This document shows, one piece after another, positions 9,330 through 21,657 of a stretch of DNA of 30,135 nucleotides (positions are counted from its first letter, which is position 1; each line of letters starts with the position of its first letter). The position numbers and the translations under genes were made by a program. A model generated the notes under the pieces. That model did no database searches. It had not been told where the DNA came from and saw only the letters and a program-made list of their open reading frames with translations. This DNA comes from Promethearchaeota archaeon (GTDB lineage Archaea > Asgardarchaeota > Lokiarchaeia > Sigyniarchaeales > SOKP01): the NCBI GenBank assembly GCA_029838195.1, contig JALGVJ010000058.1, forward strand, positions 1 to 30,135, read 5' to 3'.

Positions 9330-10757
9330 TTATCGTTGGTCAAGGTACCATTGCTTTAAATCTTTAATAAGCTTGAATTCTAAAAGAAGCTCTCCCCCAG
9401 CATCCTTCTCAATTTTCTCAAAAAGTTCTTCGTAGATATCCGGATTGTCCGCAACGATATTATCATTCCATTCCGGATCTTTTGATAGATCAAAAAGTTT
9501 TTGATATCTTTTATTATTAGAAGTAATTAAAGCATAATGATCATCTTTATAAAGAGTATATGCATTGAAACCACAAGTAATATAATTTCTATCTCCAATA
9601 AGCTGATCTTTTTCATCTAAAAAAACCGATAAATCAATACCATCAAAAACCTCCTCTTGTTTTTTCCCTAAAAATCCGTAGATTGTCGGTAAAATATCGT
9701 GATCATAAACATAAGTTTTTTTAATTCTTTTTGGTCCTTTTACTCCTCTTGGTGGTTTAATCATGAATGGAATGTCCACGAGCTCAGGATACATGTGAGT
9801 GTGAATTTTTCCCGTAGCACCATGTTCACCAATGCTATGTCCGTGGTCACTTATTAAAATAATTAAAGAATCATCATAAAGCTCTAATGCTTTCAACTCT
9901 TCAATGAATTTTCCAAACCAATAATCACAATTCGATACCTCTCCAGCATATCCCGCACGCATGTATTCTAATTCCCCCGGAAGGAGATAACTTAAATTAT
10001 CACTATAAGATGGAAGAATTACCTTTTTTCCCTTGTAATTTTTATCGACATACAGTTCTAGAAATCTCTGTGGTGGATCCCACGGCTCGTGTGGGTCGAA
10101 TTCGTCAATTACAGCCAGTACGTTTTCCAGATTTTTGCTATTTCTTACAAAACGGATGGCTTCATTAAAAGTTTGAGCCGGAAAGTAATCATCTTCCGTT
10201 TTTCTTTCTTGAACATTCATTAAATATTTTTCTATACCTCTTCTTTGCATTTTTCGAGTAGTTCGAGCTTTTTCATTACCAATGAGATGAACATTTACGA
10301 GTTCATTAAATTTTTCATCTTTTGTATTAATTACTGCTCGATATTTATCAAATTCATGCCCTCGGATCCAATTCCATTCATCAAAACCAATGTGAAAATT
10401 CATGTGTGGTTTAAATTGATGATAAGTGCTGGTAATAAATGAGGAAACGAATTTGAACTTCTTCAAGTATTCAGATAAATGAATTTGATAAGGCGGGATG
10501 GGATGCCATCCAGGAGCTATAACGGGGTCATCTGTTCTTAGTTCAGGGCGGGGATGGTTAAAAGGAAATGTTCGAATGCCCGTATGAATCGCTCTTCGAA
10601 CGGGAATAGTGGCCAAAGATTCGGGATATGCATTATAGAAAACTATTGAATCTTTAGCAAATGCATCGAAATTGGGTGTATGAATCCAGTCATTTCCGTA
10701 AGTCTTGCCCGAGTGGTCTTTACGGAGTGTATCAAAAATAATGAGAAAAATTTTCAT
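9330..10757 (-). CDS. Sulfatase-like alkaline-phosphatase-superfamily hydrolase with Thr at the nucleophile position
   Basis: DTLRKDH, ATIPVRRAIHTG (T-x-P-x-R), DPHEPWDPP, SDHG metal ligands. Confidence 0.88.
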   Translation of the reverse strand: MKIFLIIFDTLRKDHSGKTYGNDWIHTPNFDAFAKDSIVFYNAYPESLATIPVRRAIHTGIRTFPFNHPRPELRTDDPVIAPGWHPIPPYQIHLSEYLKKFKFVSSFITSTYHQFKPHMNFHIGFDEWNWIRGHEFDKYRAVINTKDEKFNELVNVHLIGNEKARTTRKMQRRGIEKYLMNVQERKTEDDYFPAQTFNEAIRFVRNSKNLENVLAVIDEFDPHEPWDPPQRFLELYVDKNYKGKKVILPSYSDNLSYLLPGELEYMRAGYAGEVSNCDYWFGKFIEELKALELYDDSLIILISDHGHSIGEHGATGKIHTHMYPELVDIPFMIKPPRGVKGPKRIKKTYVYDHDILPTIYGFLGKKQEEVFDGIDLSVFLDEKDQLIGDRNYITCGFNAYTLYKDDHYALITSNNKRYQKLFDLSKDPEWNDNIVADNPDIYEELFEKIEKDAGGELLLEFKLIKDLKQWYLDQR

Positions 10758-10883
10758 ATTGTATAGCTTATATTTTCTTTTTAATTTAAAATTTAACTTA
10801 ATGTTATAATAGGTTTCTTCTTGCGATAGTAAATGTCCAATTTTTAAAAAATATAAAAATAGTAATTAGAAAAAGAGACTATT

Positions 10884-12035
10884 TTAAGAGATGGGATAAG
10901 TGCCATGCTTGTTAATTACATTTAGAATCGTAGGAACTGAGGCAAGCGTGTGCATGATAGATGGAAATCCTTCAGAGACGCCCATTAAGAAATTATCTCC
11001 CGGAGCAACATCTTTTAACATTTCAAGAGTGGTTTTTTTAACTGCTTTTTGTCCTTGAAGGCTTACAGATTCAGGAAAATTTGCCCATATGATTTTATCT
11101 TTCCATAATTCTCTTGCTTCCTTAAGCGGTAAATCTCCCATGGGAGGAGGAGTGAAACTTTCAATCGCATCAATTTTCGTTTTAGGAATCAAGTTTTTCA
11201 AGCTATTTAACATTCCATCCATGTGTACCACGTATTTCTTATCATGTTTATGAAATATTTCTGCTACTTCATTATAAAATGGAAGGCTGAATTTTTCAAA
11301 AAAAGTGGGAGTCGTGATTTGACCAGTAACATTATCGGGGCCCCACACGTAATCTGCAGGCGATTCCGCAGCAATTTTATATATTTCTAATTCTTTTTTA
11401 TAAATTAATCGATATAATTCCTCAAATTCTTTTCTATTCGTGTAGTACTCAAGAGCCAAGGTTTTGGGGCCCATTAGCATCCTCAAGGCTTGAAATGGGG
11501 ATTTAGGAACAAAAGCCGCTACTACGCCGTAATCTCCAATTATCATTTTAAAATCATTTATATCATCATAATGGGGTTGGTATTCCGTATTTTCAATCAG
11601 ATATTTCAAGGGTTCATAATCATCAGAACTTTTAATTAGATATCCATCTTCGGGAAACCAAGGCAACATTTCAGATAAGTCAAGTGATTTCCATTTTGTT
11701 TTTAAGGTTAATTTTCCTTTAGGTGTTTCGATACTTCCCGTTACGAGGTGAGAACTATTCATAGCAATCAATATATCCACGGGAGACCAAGAGGTTATAT
11801 TTCCATAGTGATGAGTAGCTTCCATTTTGGCATTAGGACAAGAAACCTCATGTGCTTGTACAACCATCGAACCGTGTAGTCCCAAGCCTTTATCCAGCAA
11901 CTTCCGCCAAGGTTGATACAAGGCTAATCCAATGATATATTTAGTTTCAACATATACCGTAAATGGGATAATGTCCGGAGCTTCATGATTTAAGACGGCC
12001 AAAATTCGTTCGCGAGCTTTCAACTTGTCATCCAC
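10884..12035 (-). CDS. Uroporphyrinogen-decarboxylase/MtaA-CmuA superfamily protein, probable corrinoid-dependent methyltransferase
   Basis: RERILAVLNHEAPD N-terminus, SPF motif, PDNVTG, FEKFSLPFY, VHMDG, TPPPMGD; overlaps the corrinoid protein gene by 16 nt. Confidence 0.82.
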   Translation of the reverse strand: MDDKLKARERILAVLNHEAPDIIPFTVYVETKYIIGLALYQPWRKLLDKGLGLHGSMVVQAHEVSCPNAKMEATHHYGNITSWSPVDILIAMNSSHLVTGSIETPKGKLTLKTKWKSLDLSEMLPWFPEDGYLIKSSDDYEPLKYLIENTEYQPHYDDINDFKMIIGDYGVVAAFVPKSPFQALRMLMGPKTLALEYYTNRKEFEELYRLIYKKELEIYKIAAESPADYVWGPDNVTGQITTPTFFEKFSLPFYNEVAEIFHKHDKKYVVHMDGMLNSLKNLIPKTKIDAIESFTPPPMGDLPLKEARELWKDKIIWANFPESVSLQGQKAVKKTTLEMLKDVAPGDNFLMGVSEGFPSIMHTLASVPTILNVINKHGTYPIS

Positions 12036-12667
12036 CTCCTACAAATTTTTACACCTTCAATAGCCGTTTTGGCACAGCCATCAGCACCAATACTTTTAAC
12101 AAACTCCTCAGTTACAGAAGGCCCTCCAATAAGAATTTTTATTTTTCCTTTTAAATCGGCGTTTGCGATATCTTTGACAATTTTTTGGATTTCAATCAAG
12201 GTTCCGGAGAGAAGGCCGGAAATGGCGACAATATCCGGCCGTTCTTTTTTAATTGCCTCAATGAATTGGTCGCTCGATACATCCACGCCAAGATCAACCA
12301 CTTCAAAACCTTCTGCTTTTAAAAAAGTTGTGACTATGTTTTTCCCAATGTCGTGAATATCGCCTTTACCCGTTCCAATAACAACTTTACCAATAGCTCT
12401 TGAAGATTTTGAAACATTTAAACGAGGAATGAGAATTTTCATCAATCTCGTACTCGTTTCTCCTGCCATTATTAACTCGGGTATGAAATATTCTTCAGCT
12501 TCAAATTTTTCTCCTACTTTTTTTAAGGCTTGAGCAATACCATTTTCAATTATCAAAATAGGATCAATATTTTGGCTTAAAGCATGCTTGCATAATTCTT
12601 CTGCTTTTTTTAAATCTAATTCCACGATAGCATTTTTTAAATTTTCTAAAATTTGGCTATTTTCCAT
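12020..12667 (-). CDS. Methyltransferase-cognate corrinoid (B12-binding) protein, MtaC/MttC/MtvC-like
   Basis: N-terminal helical cap (EEYFIPELIMAGE), GDIHDIGKN (DxHxxG), DLGVDV, SGLL, IGG. Confidence 0.95.
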   Translation of the reverse strand: MENSQILENLKNAIVELDLKKAEELCKHALSQNIDPILIIENGIAQALKKVGEKFEAEEYFIPELIMAGETSTRLMKILIPRLNVSKSSRAIGKVVIGTGKGDIHDIGKNIVTTFLKAEGFEVVDLGVDVSSDQFIEAIKKERPDIVAISGLLSGTLIEIQKIVKDIANADLKGKIKILIGGPSVTEEFVKSIGADGCAKTAIEGVKICRRWMTS

Positions 12668-12722
12668 TATTTTTCCCTTTCTCCAAATTTATATTGTATT
12701 ATTTAAATTATCGCATTAATTA

Positions 12723-12735
12723 TATATAAAATTTC
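12723..12735 (-). promoter_or_regulatory. Candidate archaeal BRE + TATA box for the corrinoid/methyltransferase unit
   Basis: Minus strand reads GAAAT TTTATATA about 56 nt upstream of ATG 12667, plus a purine-rich GGAGAAAGGG near the start; weak evidence in AT-rich DNA. Confidence 0.4.
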
Positions 12736-13024
12736 AAGATAGAAGGAAACAAAAAAACCATTAATATTCATGAAAAATAATTGGTAAGTGAAGAATTTTC
12801 ATGAAGGGAAAAAACCAAGATTGTTTTAAAAAATCCGTTATAATTAAGAAATTAAAGAATGAGCTATTTTATTCCAATTTTTACTCCTTTTATTAGTAAA
12901 AACTCAAAATAATGAATGACATGTAGCATGATAGAAATACATACCTTTTTCTGTATTATTTTAAAAAAATCATCCCATTTTAATAAAAGTAATTTACAGA
13001 AATCGCTTGAATTCAAAAAAAAAG

Positions 13025-13845
13025 TCAAATTATTTTTCCAGCAATAACGTGAATACCAAGCTTATTGGCATATTCTAAATGCTCTTTCTTTATTTCTAAA
13101 CAAGCCATTATTAATCCATCATACCCTTTTTCATGCTTCATTTTATATAATTTACCTTTTAAAATTAAATCCGCAATATCTCTATTGTCTGCCGTGGATT
13201 TAATTTCCATTAGATATACCTTCCCATCTCGAATTACCACATCGATATCAGTCGTATAATGAATGGAATAAACACTTCCATCAAGATCATATAAAAATTC
13301 TCGGGTAATATTACTCTTATCTAATTTTCTTGAATTAGTTTGTCACTTAATAAATTTAAAACTAAATCTTGCAAATTAAATCCAGTTCTCGTACTTACCG
13401 TGGTAATGAGCCTACGTAAATCGTCACGCTCTTTTGAGGCTTCTTCAAACCGTTTATCCATCTCTTTGATGAGAGTCTCGAAGCGCTTGTCCACGGCTTC
13501 GAACCGTTTATCCATCTCTTTGATGAGAGTCTCGAAGCGCTTGTCCACGGCTTCGAACCGAGCATTCATCTCATTAATGAGAGTCTCGAAGCGCTTGTCC
13601 ACGGCTTCGAACCGAGCATTCATCTCATTAATGAGAACGCTTTCGAATCGCTTATCAACGGTTTCAAATCGCTTGTCTATTTGTTGGATGAGCATTTCGA
13701 ATCTCTTATCGACTTCAGAAAAAAACATCTTAAGATCATCTTTAGTAGCAACGACTCCTGAGAGGGCACTAATAATTGCTCCTTTTACCTCATCATCTTC
13801 TCGAATTAATTTCGGTAACAATTTTAAAAAATCTTCTTTTTCCAT
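13025..13845 (-). pseudogene. DUF3782-like coiled-coil/PD-(D/E)XK nuclease gene, split by a single-base frameshift near 13321-13345
   Basis: The 5' ORF (13845-13321) has the typical N-terminus and coiled-coil repeats. The -1 frame continues DKSNITREFLYDLDGSVYSIHYTTDIDVVIRDGKVYLMEIKS, in frame with the 13240-13025 ORF (D...EIK nuclease motif). Confidence 0.82.
13444..13662. repeat. 54-bp coding tandem repeat, about 4 units (A,A,B,B'), encoding an 18-aa coiled-coil unit
   Basis: Units start at 13444, 13498, 13552 and 13606; they encode AVDKRFETLI(K/N)EM(DK/NA)RFE. Confidence 0.95.
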
Positions 13846-13961
13846 TTCGCGAAAATCGTTTTTTCTATGAAGAATATTGTTATTGTATTGATTTAAATCT
13901 AACTGATAATTTAGAAAAATATTCCGGTAATCAGTATTTTTTATCGATTAATTAAAAAAAG

Positions 13962-17141
<3,180 letters not shown>

Positions 17142-17397
17142 TCAAACTTTTTATAATATAATGATACAAGAGGTAGTTTAACAAATCTAAAAAGATATTT
17201 TAATATTTTAATAATTGATAATATTTTAAATTTGAATTTTCATCCAAAAAAATTTAAAATTTTCTAAAATGAGTCTTTTAAATAATATTAAAAACCTTGA
17301 AAAACAGGCTCTTTTTTAATCTTTCCATTCATTCATCAAGGAAATTTTTATAAAGGAAAGGATTTTAAACTTTTATAGACTAGGATTTTGTTTAAAA

Positions 17398-17802
17398 ATG
17401 GTGAATTTAGAGAAAATAAAAGAAATTGCATGTAAATACAAGTTAATTTTAATTTATCTATTTGGATCTAAAGCGATTCAAAAAACTTCAAAATTGAGTG
17501 ATATAGACATTGCTATTCTTTTAAACGATAAAATCCATTATGATTTAAAAGAGCTGATATTAGATTTGATCTTTGAATTCGTACAGATCTTTAGAATTGA
17601 TAGGATTGATTTATTAATTTTAAATTCTGCTCCATTAGCGATTCAATATAATGTTATTACAGAAGGAAAGTTGCTTTATCAATCAAATATTGAAGAAAGA
17701 TGTAATTATGAGATAAAAATAAGAAAAAAATATTTTGATTTTAAAAAATACGAAGAAGAGTATTTTAAAGCAATGCATGATCAAATTCTGGAGGAATATT
17801 AA
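17398..17802 (+). CDS. mntA: Minimal nucleotidyltransferase (MNT) antitoxin, MntA-like
   Basis: LFGS-x10-DID motif (LFGSKAIQKTSKLSDID), IDLLILN; adjacent to the HEPN gene. Confidence 0.92.
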   Translation: MVNLEKIKEIACKYKLILIYLFGSKAIQKTSKLSDIDIAILLNDKIHYDLKELILDLIFEFVQIFRIDRIDLLILNSAPLAIQYNVITEGKLLYQSNIEERCNYEIKIRKKYFDFKKYEEEYFKAMHDQILEEY

Positions 17803-17804
17803 GA

Positions 17805-18227
17805 TTGATTGATAAGAAAGTTATAAATTCTCGCATTGCTAAATTGAGAGAATATATTAAAATTTTAGAAGAATTAAGTCAAGAAAAAAAAGAAGATTTC
17901 TTAAAAAATTATAAAATATATGGTTTAGCAGAAAGATACTTACAATTATCAATTGAATGTGTTTTAGACATGGGGAATCATATTATTTCAAGAATAGGAT
18001 TTAAGAAGCCAGAAACATATCAAGATATTATATTGATTCTTGGAAAAAATTCAGTAATACCCGAAAATTTTGCAGAAAAAATTGCTAAAATGGCAGGACT
18101 TCGTAATATTTTAGTGCACGGATATTCTGAGATTGATGAAATAATAATATATAATTATGTAAAGCACGATTTAGACGATTTTAGAAAATTTATCAAATAT
18201 ATAATTCAATATTTAGATGAAATGTGA
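17805..18227 (+). CDS. hepT: HEPN/DUF86 RNase toxin, HepT-like
   Basis: ERYLQLSIE, RNILVHGY (R-x4-H-x-Y); TTG start 2 nt after the mnt stop, with GGAGGA upstream. Confidence 0.92.
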   Translation: MIDKKVINSRIAKLREYIKILEELSQEKKEDFLKNYKIYGLAERYLQLSIECVLDMGNHIISRIGFKKPETYQDIILILGKNSVIPENFAEKIAKMAGLRNILVHGYSEIDEIIIYNYVKHDLDDFRKFIKYIIQYLDEM

Positions 18228-18409
18228 TTAGATAAATATTTTATTGCCAAATAAGCATGACAATTATCTCTTTTTGCTTCGATTTCCTTCCAATAAGCAT
18301 TTTAATCGTAATAAAGTAAAATTTCTAAAACATGATAGTTCATTTTTAATTTAATTCAAAAAGAAAAATATTAGAAAATCTCAAAAAAAACTAATTTTTT
18401 CATATTCCA

Positions 18410-19834
18410 ATGGAAAAACCAAATATTATTCTTATTTTAATTGATGATTTAGGGTGGAAAGATTTAAGTTGCTATGGTAGCAGTTTTTATGAAACGCCTA
18501 ATATCGATAGACTTGCGTTCGAGGGCATGACCTTTACCAATGCTTACGCTGCGGCTCCCGTGTGCTCACCCACGAGAGCTAGCCTTCTTACTGGTAAATA
18601 TCCCGCCACAGTTGGATTAACAAATTACATTGATAATGAACCTAGGGTAGATACTCTTTCTCCTAATGAATCATTTCGGGCACGAGGAAAACTCATCGAT
18701 GCACCTTTTATTAATCATCTACCTCTTTCTGAAGATACTATTGCAAGAAGATTAAGGGAAAATGGTTATTCCACGTGGCATGTAGGAAAATGGCATCTTG
18801 GTTCCCTTCCATTTTATCCGGAGAATCATGGTTTTGATGTAAATATAGGAGGATGTAATTGGGGACTTCCCATTTACGGCTATTTTAGTCCATGGAGAAT
18901 CCCTACTTTAGAAGATGGTCCTAAAGGATATTATTTAACTGATTTTTTAACAGATAAAGCAACTGAGCTCATTAAGAATAAAAATGATAAACCCTTCTTT
19001 CTAAATTTATGGTACTATTCCGTTCACATTCCCATTCAAGCGAAACGTGAGATTACGAGATATTATAAAGAAAAAAGAAGAAAAATGGGATTGGACAAGG
19101 TTAAAACTTTCGAATTAGGTGAATTTTTTCCTTGTGAACATAAAAGAAATTTTAGAATAAAACGACGCTTGATTCAATCTGATCCAAAATATGCGGCAAT
19201 GATTCATTCGCTGGATGAAAATATCGGGCGCATTTTGAAAACTCTTGAGGAGTTTGGAGAAACCAAAAATACTATTATCATTTTTACTTCAGACAACGGA
19301 GGATTGGCTACTGCCGAAGGTTCGCCTACTTGTAATGCTCCTTTAGCAGAAGGTAAGGGCTGGATGTATGAAGGAGGGATACGGGAACCCTTAATTATTA
19401 AATGGCCTGGCCAAATTAAAGAAGGAAGCACGTGTAATGTTCCAATTACGAGTCCAGATTTTTATCCTACAATTTTAGAAATCACTAACACGCCCTTTTT
19501 GGAAACCCATCACCATGAAGGCACGAGTTTTTTACCACTACTTAAGGGAAAGACGAGATTAGGCAAAAAAGAAAGAGGAATTTATTGGCATTTTCCCCAT
19601 TATGGAAACCAAGGAGGCACACCAGGCTCTTCTATTCGTCGGGGAGATTATAAATTGATTAAATTTCACGAGGACAACCACGTGGAATTGTATGATTTAC
19701 GGAAAGATATTGGAGAAACATTGGATTTATCAGAAAATTTAGCTAATATAAGGGAAGAACTCGAACAGGAATTAAATGACTGGATGACTCGGGTGGGGGC
19801 AAAATTACCAGAAATCAATCCTAATTATCATTAA
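18410..19834 (+). CDS. Formylglycine-dependent (S1) sulfatase, Cys-type
   Basis: DDLGWKD, CSPTRASLLTG, GKWHLG, SDNGG, EGGIREP; no signal peptide. Confidence 0.95.
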   Translation: MEKPNIILILIDDLGWKDLSCYGSSFYETPNIDRLAFEGMTFTNAYAAAPVCSPTRASLLTGKYPATVGLTNYIDNEPRVDTLSPNESFRARGKLIDAPFINHLPLSEDTIARRLRENGYSTWHVGKWHLGSLPFYPENHGFDVNIGGCNWGLPIYGYFSPWRIPTLEDGPKGYYLTDFLTDKATELIKNKNDKPFFLNLWYYSVHIPIQAKREITRYYKEKRRKMGLDKVKTFELGEFFPCEHKRNFRIKRRLIQSDPKYAAMIHSLDENIGRILKTLEEFGETKNTIIIFTSDNGGLATAEGSPTCNAPLAEGKGWMYEGGIREPLIIKWPGQIKEGSTCNVPITSPDFYPTILEITNTPFLETHHHEGTSFLPLLKGKTRLGKKERGIYWHFPHYGNQGGTPGSSIRRGDYKLIKFHEDNHVELYDLRKDIGETLDLSENLANIREELEQELNDWMTRVGAKLPEINPNYH

Positions 19835-19925
19835 TTTAAATTTAATTAATGATTTAAAGCGTTGATTCCATCACCTCGAATGCTTACTTGTTTTAAATTA
19901 CTTTTTTCTTTATTTTTTACCATTA

Positions 19926-19936
19926 TTTTTTTTTTT
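19926..19936 (+). terminator. Poly-T tract, probable terminator
   Basis: T11 run downstream of the sulfatase, between convergent genes. Confidence 0.4.
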
Positions 19937-20053
19937 CAGAAAATTTAACGCATTTTAGAATTAATTAATTAAATATAAAAAGAACAAGATCCTATTCAAA
20001 AAACGTAAATTTAGTAAGAAGAGAAAAAGAAAAAGAAAAAAAATGGATTTAAC

Positions 20054-20506
20054 TCATGAAAAAATTAATACAATGAATATCATGACAACAAGGAATAAAA
20101 TGACAATAGACACTATCAGCATGATAATGAAAAGCAAGATCAAAATGATTAGAACGAATCCTAATGAGCTGAGAAATCCTTGATCATAAATTTTAGCCAC
20201 AACTATAGCCCCAACAAGTAAGCTCACGATTAATGCAATGACATATAGAATGGTAGGATCAAATTGAACATAATTTATTAAAAAGAACATGCTAATTGAA
20301 ATAATGATCCATATAATATTCACGATAATTGCCTTTCCCCATGAATCGCTCCAATCCTTTCTTTTAGCAAGCCATCGGGTCAATGCAACTCCAATAATGA
20401 ATGCAATAACAGCTATGATAGCAACCGCAAGGATTAATGCAATAAAAAGTCCTCCGATTAAGGTACCAAGCCAATCTCCAATAAAATCTCCTATTTGTAA
20501 AATCAT
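20054..20506 (-). CDS. Hypothetical very hydrophobic membrane protein (about 4 TM)
   Basis: Ile/Leu/Val-rich helices; SD-like AAAGGAG upstream of the ATG. Confidence 0.8.
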   Translation of the reverse strand: MILQIGDFIGDWLGTLIGGLFIALILAVAIIAVIAFIIGVALTRWLAKRKDWSDSWGKAIIVNIIWIIISISMFFLINYVQFDPTILYVIALIVSLLVGAIVVAKIYDQGFLSSLGFVLIILILLFIIMLIVSIVILFLVVMIFIVLIFS

Positions 20507-20773
20507 TTTTTAAATCTCCTTTCAATAGATAATCATGTTAATATTAAATAAAGTATAGGATGTCAAGTTAGTAAGTACAAGAAATGCACTCATTTTAAAG
20601 TTTTATATTTTCTTCGAATATACCGAATTAATTTATTGATTTCTTCTATGATCACGTGTAATGTAATAAATCCTCTAAATTCTCCATTATCATCATCTTA
20701 TTTCAATGCCAAACCAATATTTAACATTGCCTTGAGGGTTTAATTTTTCTGAAAAGAAGTATTTTATATTAAT

Positions 20774-21643
20774 GTGAGAATACCCAAAATAATTAAAGAA
20801 ATACAAGAAGAATTCAATATAATCGGAAGGGAAAATGAACTAAAACAAATCATCTTAGCTCATTCTGTTCGAAAGCACTTAATGCTCGAGGGAGATGTCG
20901 GAGTAGGTAAGACCACGCTTGCTCAAGCAGTTGCCACCTATTTTGACTCTCATTTTTTTCGAATTGATTGTTCCGAAGATACGCTTACTCATAACCTTAT
21001 AGGATATTTTGACCCTCCATTAGTCATTTCCAAAGGATATGTAGAAGATTCCTATGTTTATGGCCCGTTACCATTAGCAATGATGAATGGAGGGTGTTTA
21101 TTTATTAATGAAGTCAATCGCATGCCGGAAAGTACTCAAAATATTTTATTGACGGCTTTAGATGAAAGAATGATTGAGATACCCAAATTGAAAACCATTC
21201 ACGCTAAAGAGGGCTTTTTCGTAATAGCAACCTTAAATCCAGCAGCTCACGTGGGAGTCACGGCATTAGGTGAGGCTCTCAAAGATAGATTTATTTGGAT
21301 TCATTTGGATTACCAATCTCCTGAAGAGGAATTGGAAATCATCAAAAAAGAAACAGGAGCATCGAATTCAGACACCCATAACGTTATTAAAATTTCTCAA
21401 AAGATCATGCAAAAAACCAGAGAACACTCTTCCGTTCGAAGGGGCAGTTCTATTCGAGGGGGTATTGATCTGGCAGAACTCATGATGAAATATGAGAATC
21501 CCCGAAACTCTAAAAATTGGGTAGAAGCAAGCATCATGGCCTTGTATAATAAAATTGAGCTGGAGGATGGTCTTGCCCGTTCAAAAAAAGAAGTCATAAC
21601 AGATATCGTATTGTCCGTTTTAAATGAGTCGGATTTTCAATAA
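20774..21643 (+). CDS. MoxR-family AAA+ ATPase
   Basis: Walker A GDVGVGKT, Walker B LFINEVNR, ATLNP sensor 1, ALKDRF arginine finger, SIRGG. Confidence 0.93.
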   Translation: MRIPKIIKEIQEEFNIIGRENELKQIILAHSVRKHLMLEGDVGVGKTTLAQAVATYFDSHFFRIDCSEDTLTHNLIGYFDPPLVISKGYVEDSYVYGPLPLAMMNGGCLFINEVNRMPESTQNILLTALDERMIEIPKLKTIHAKEGFFVIATLNPAAHVGVTALGEALKDRFIWIHLDYQSPEEELEIIKKETGASNSDTHNVIKISQKIMQKTREHSSVRRGSSIRGGIDLAELMMKYENPRNSKNWVEASIMALYNKIELEDGLARSKKEVITDIVLSVLNESDFQ

Positions 21644-21657
21644 TCGATGATTTCTCC

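Noticed and set aside
4299-10830. Shared upstream motif (TTAACTT..AATGTTA, TGCGAT) before the oxidoreductase and the Thr-type hydrolase
   Set aside because: Short, variably spaced matches in very AT-rich DNA; cannot be distinguished from chance by eye
13321-13323. Pyrrolysine/TAG read-through near a corrinoid methyltransferase locus
   Set aside because: The nuclease domain continues in the -1 frame, not in frame with the TAG; the methyltransferase itself has no internal TAG
13345-13365. Slippery heptamer T TTA AAT as a programmed -1 frameshift site
   Set aside because: The -1 frame hits TGA a few codons later (TTT AAA TTT ATT AAG TGA), so it cannot reach the nuclease domain
13444-13662. CRISPR array
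   Set aside because: Units are head-to-tail with no unique spacers, their length is a multiple of 3, they encode a coiled coil, and there are no cas genes
13340-13870. 176-aa plus-strand ORF
   Set aside because: Antisense shadow of the repeat-containing gene
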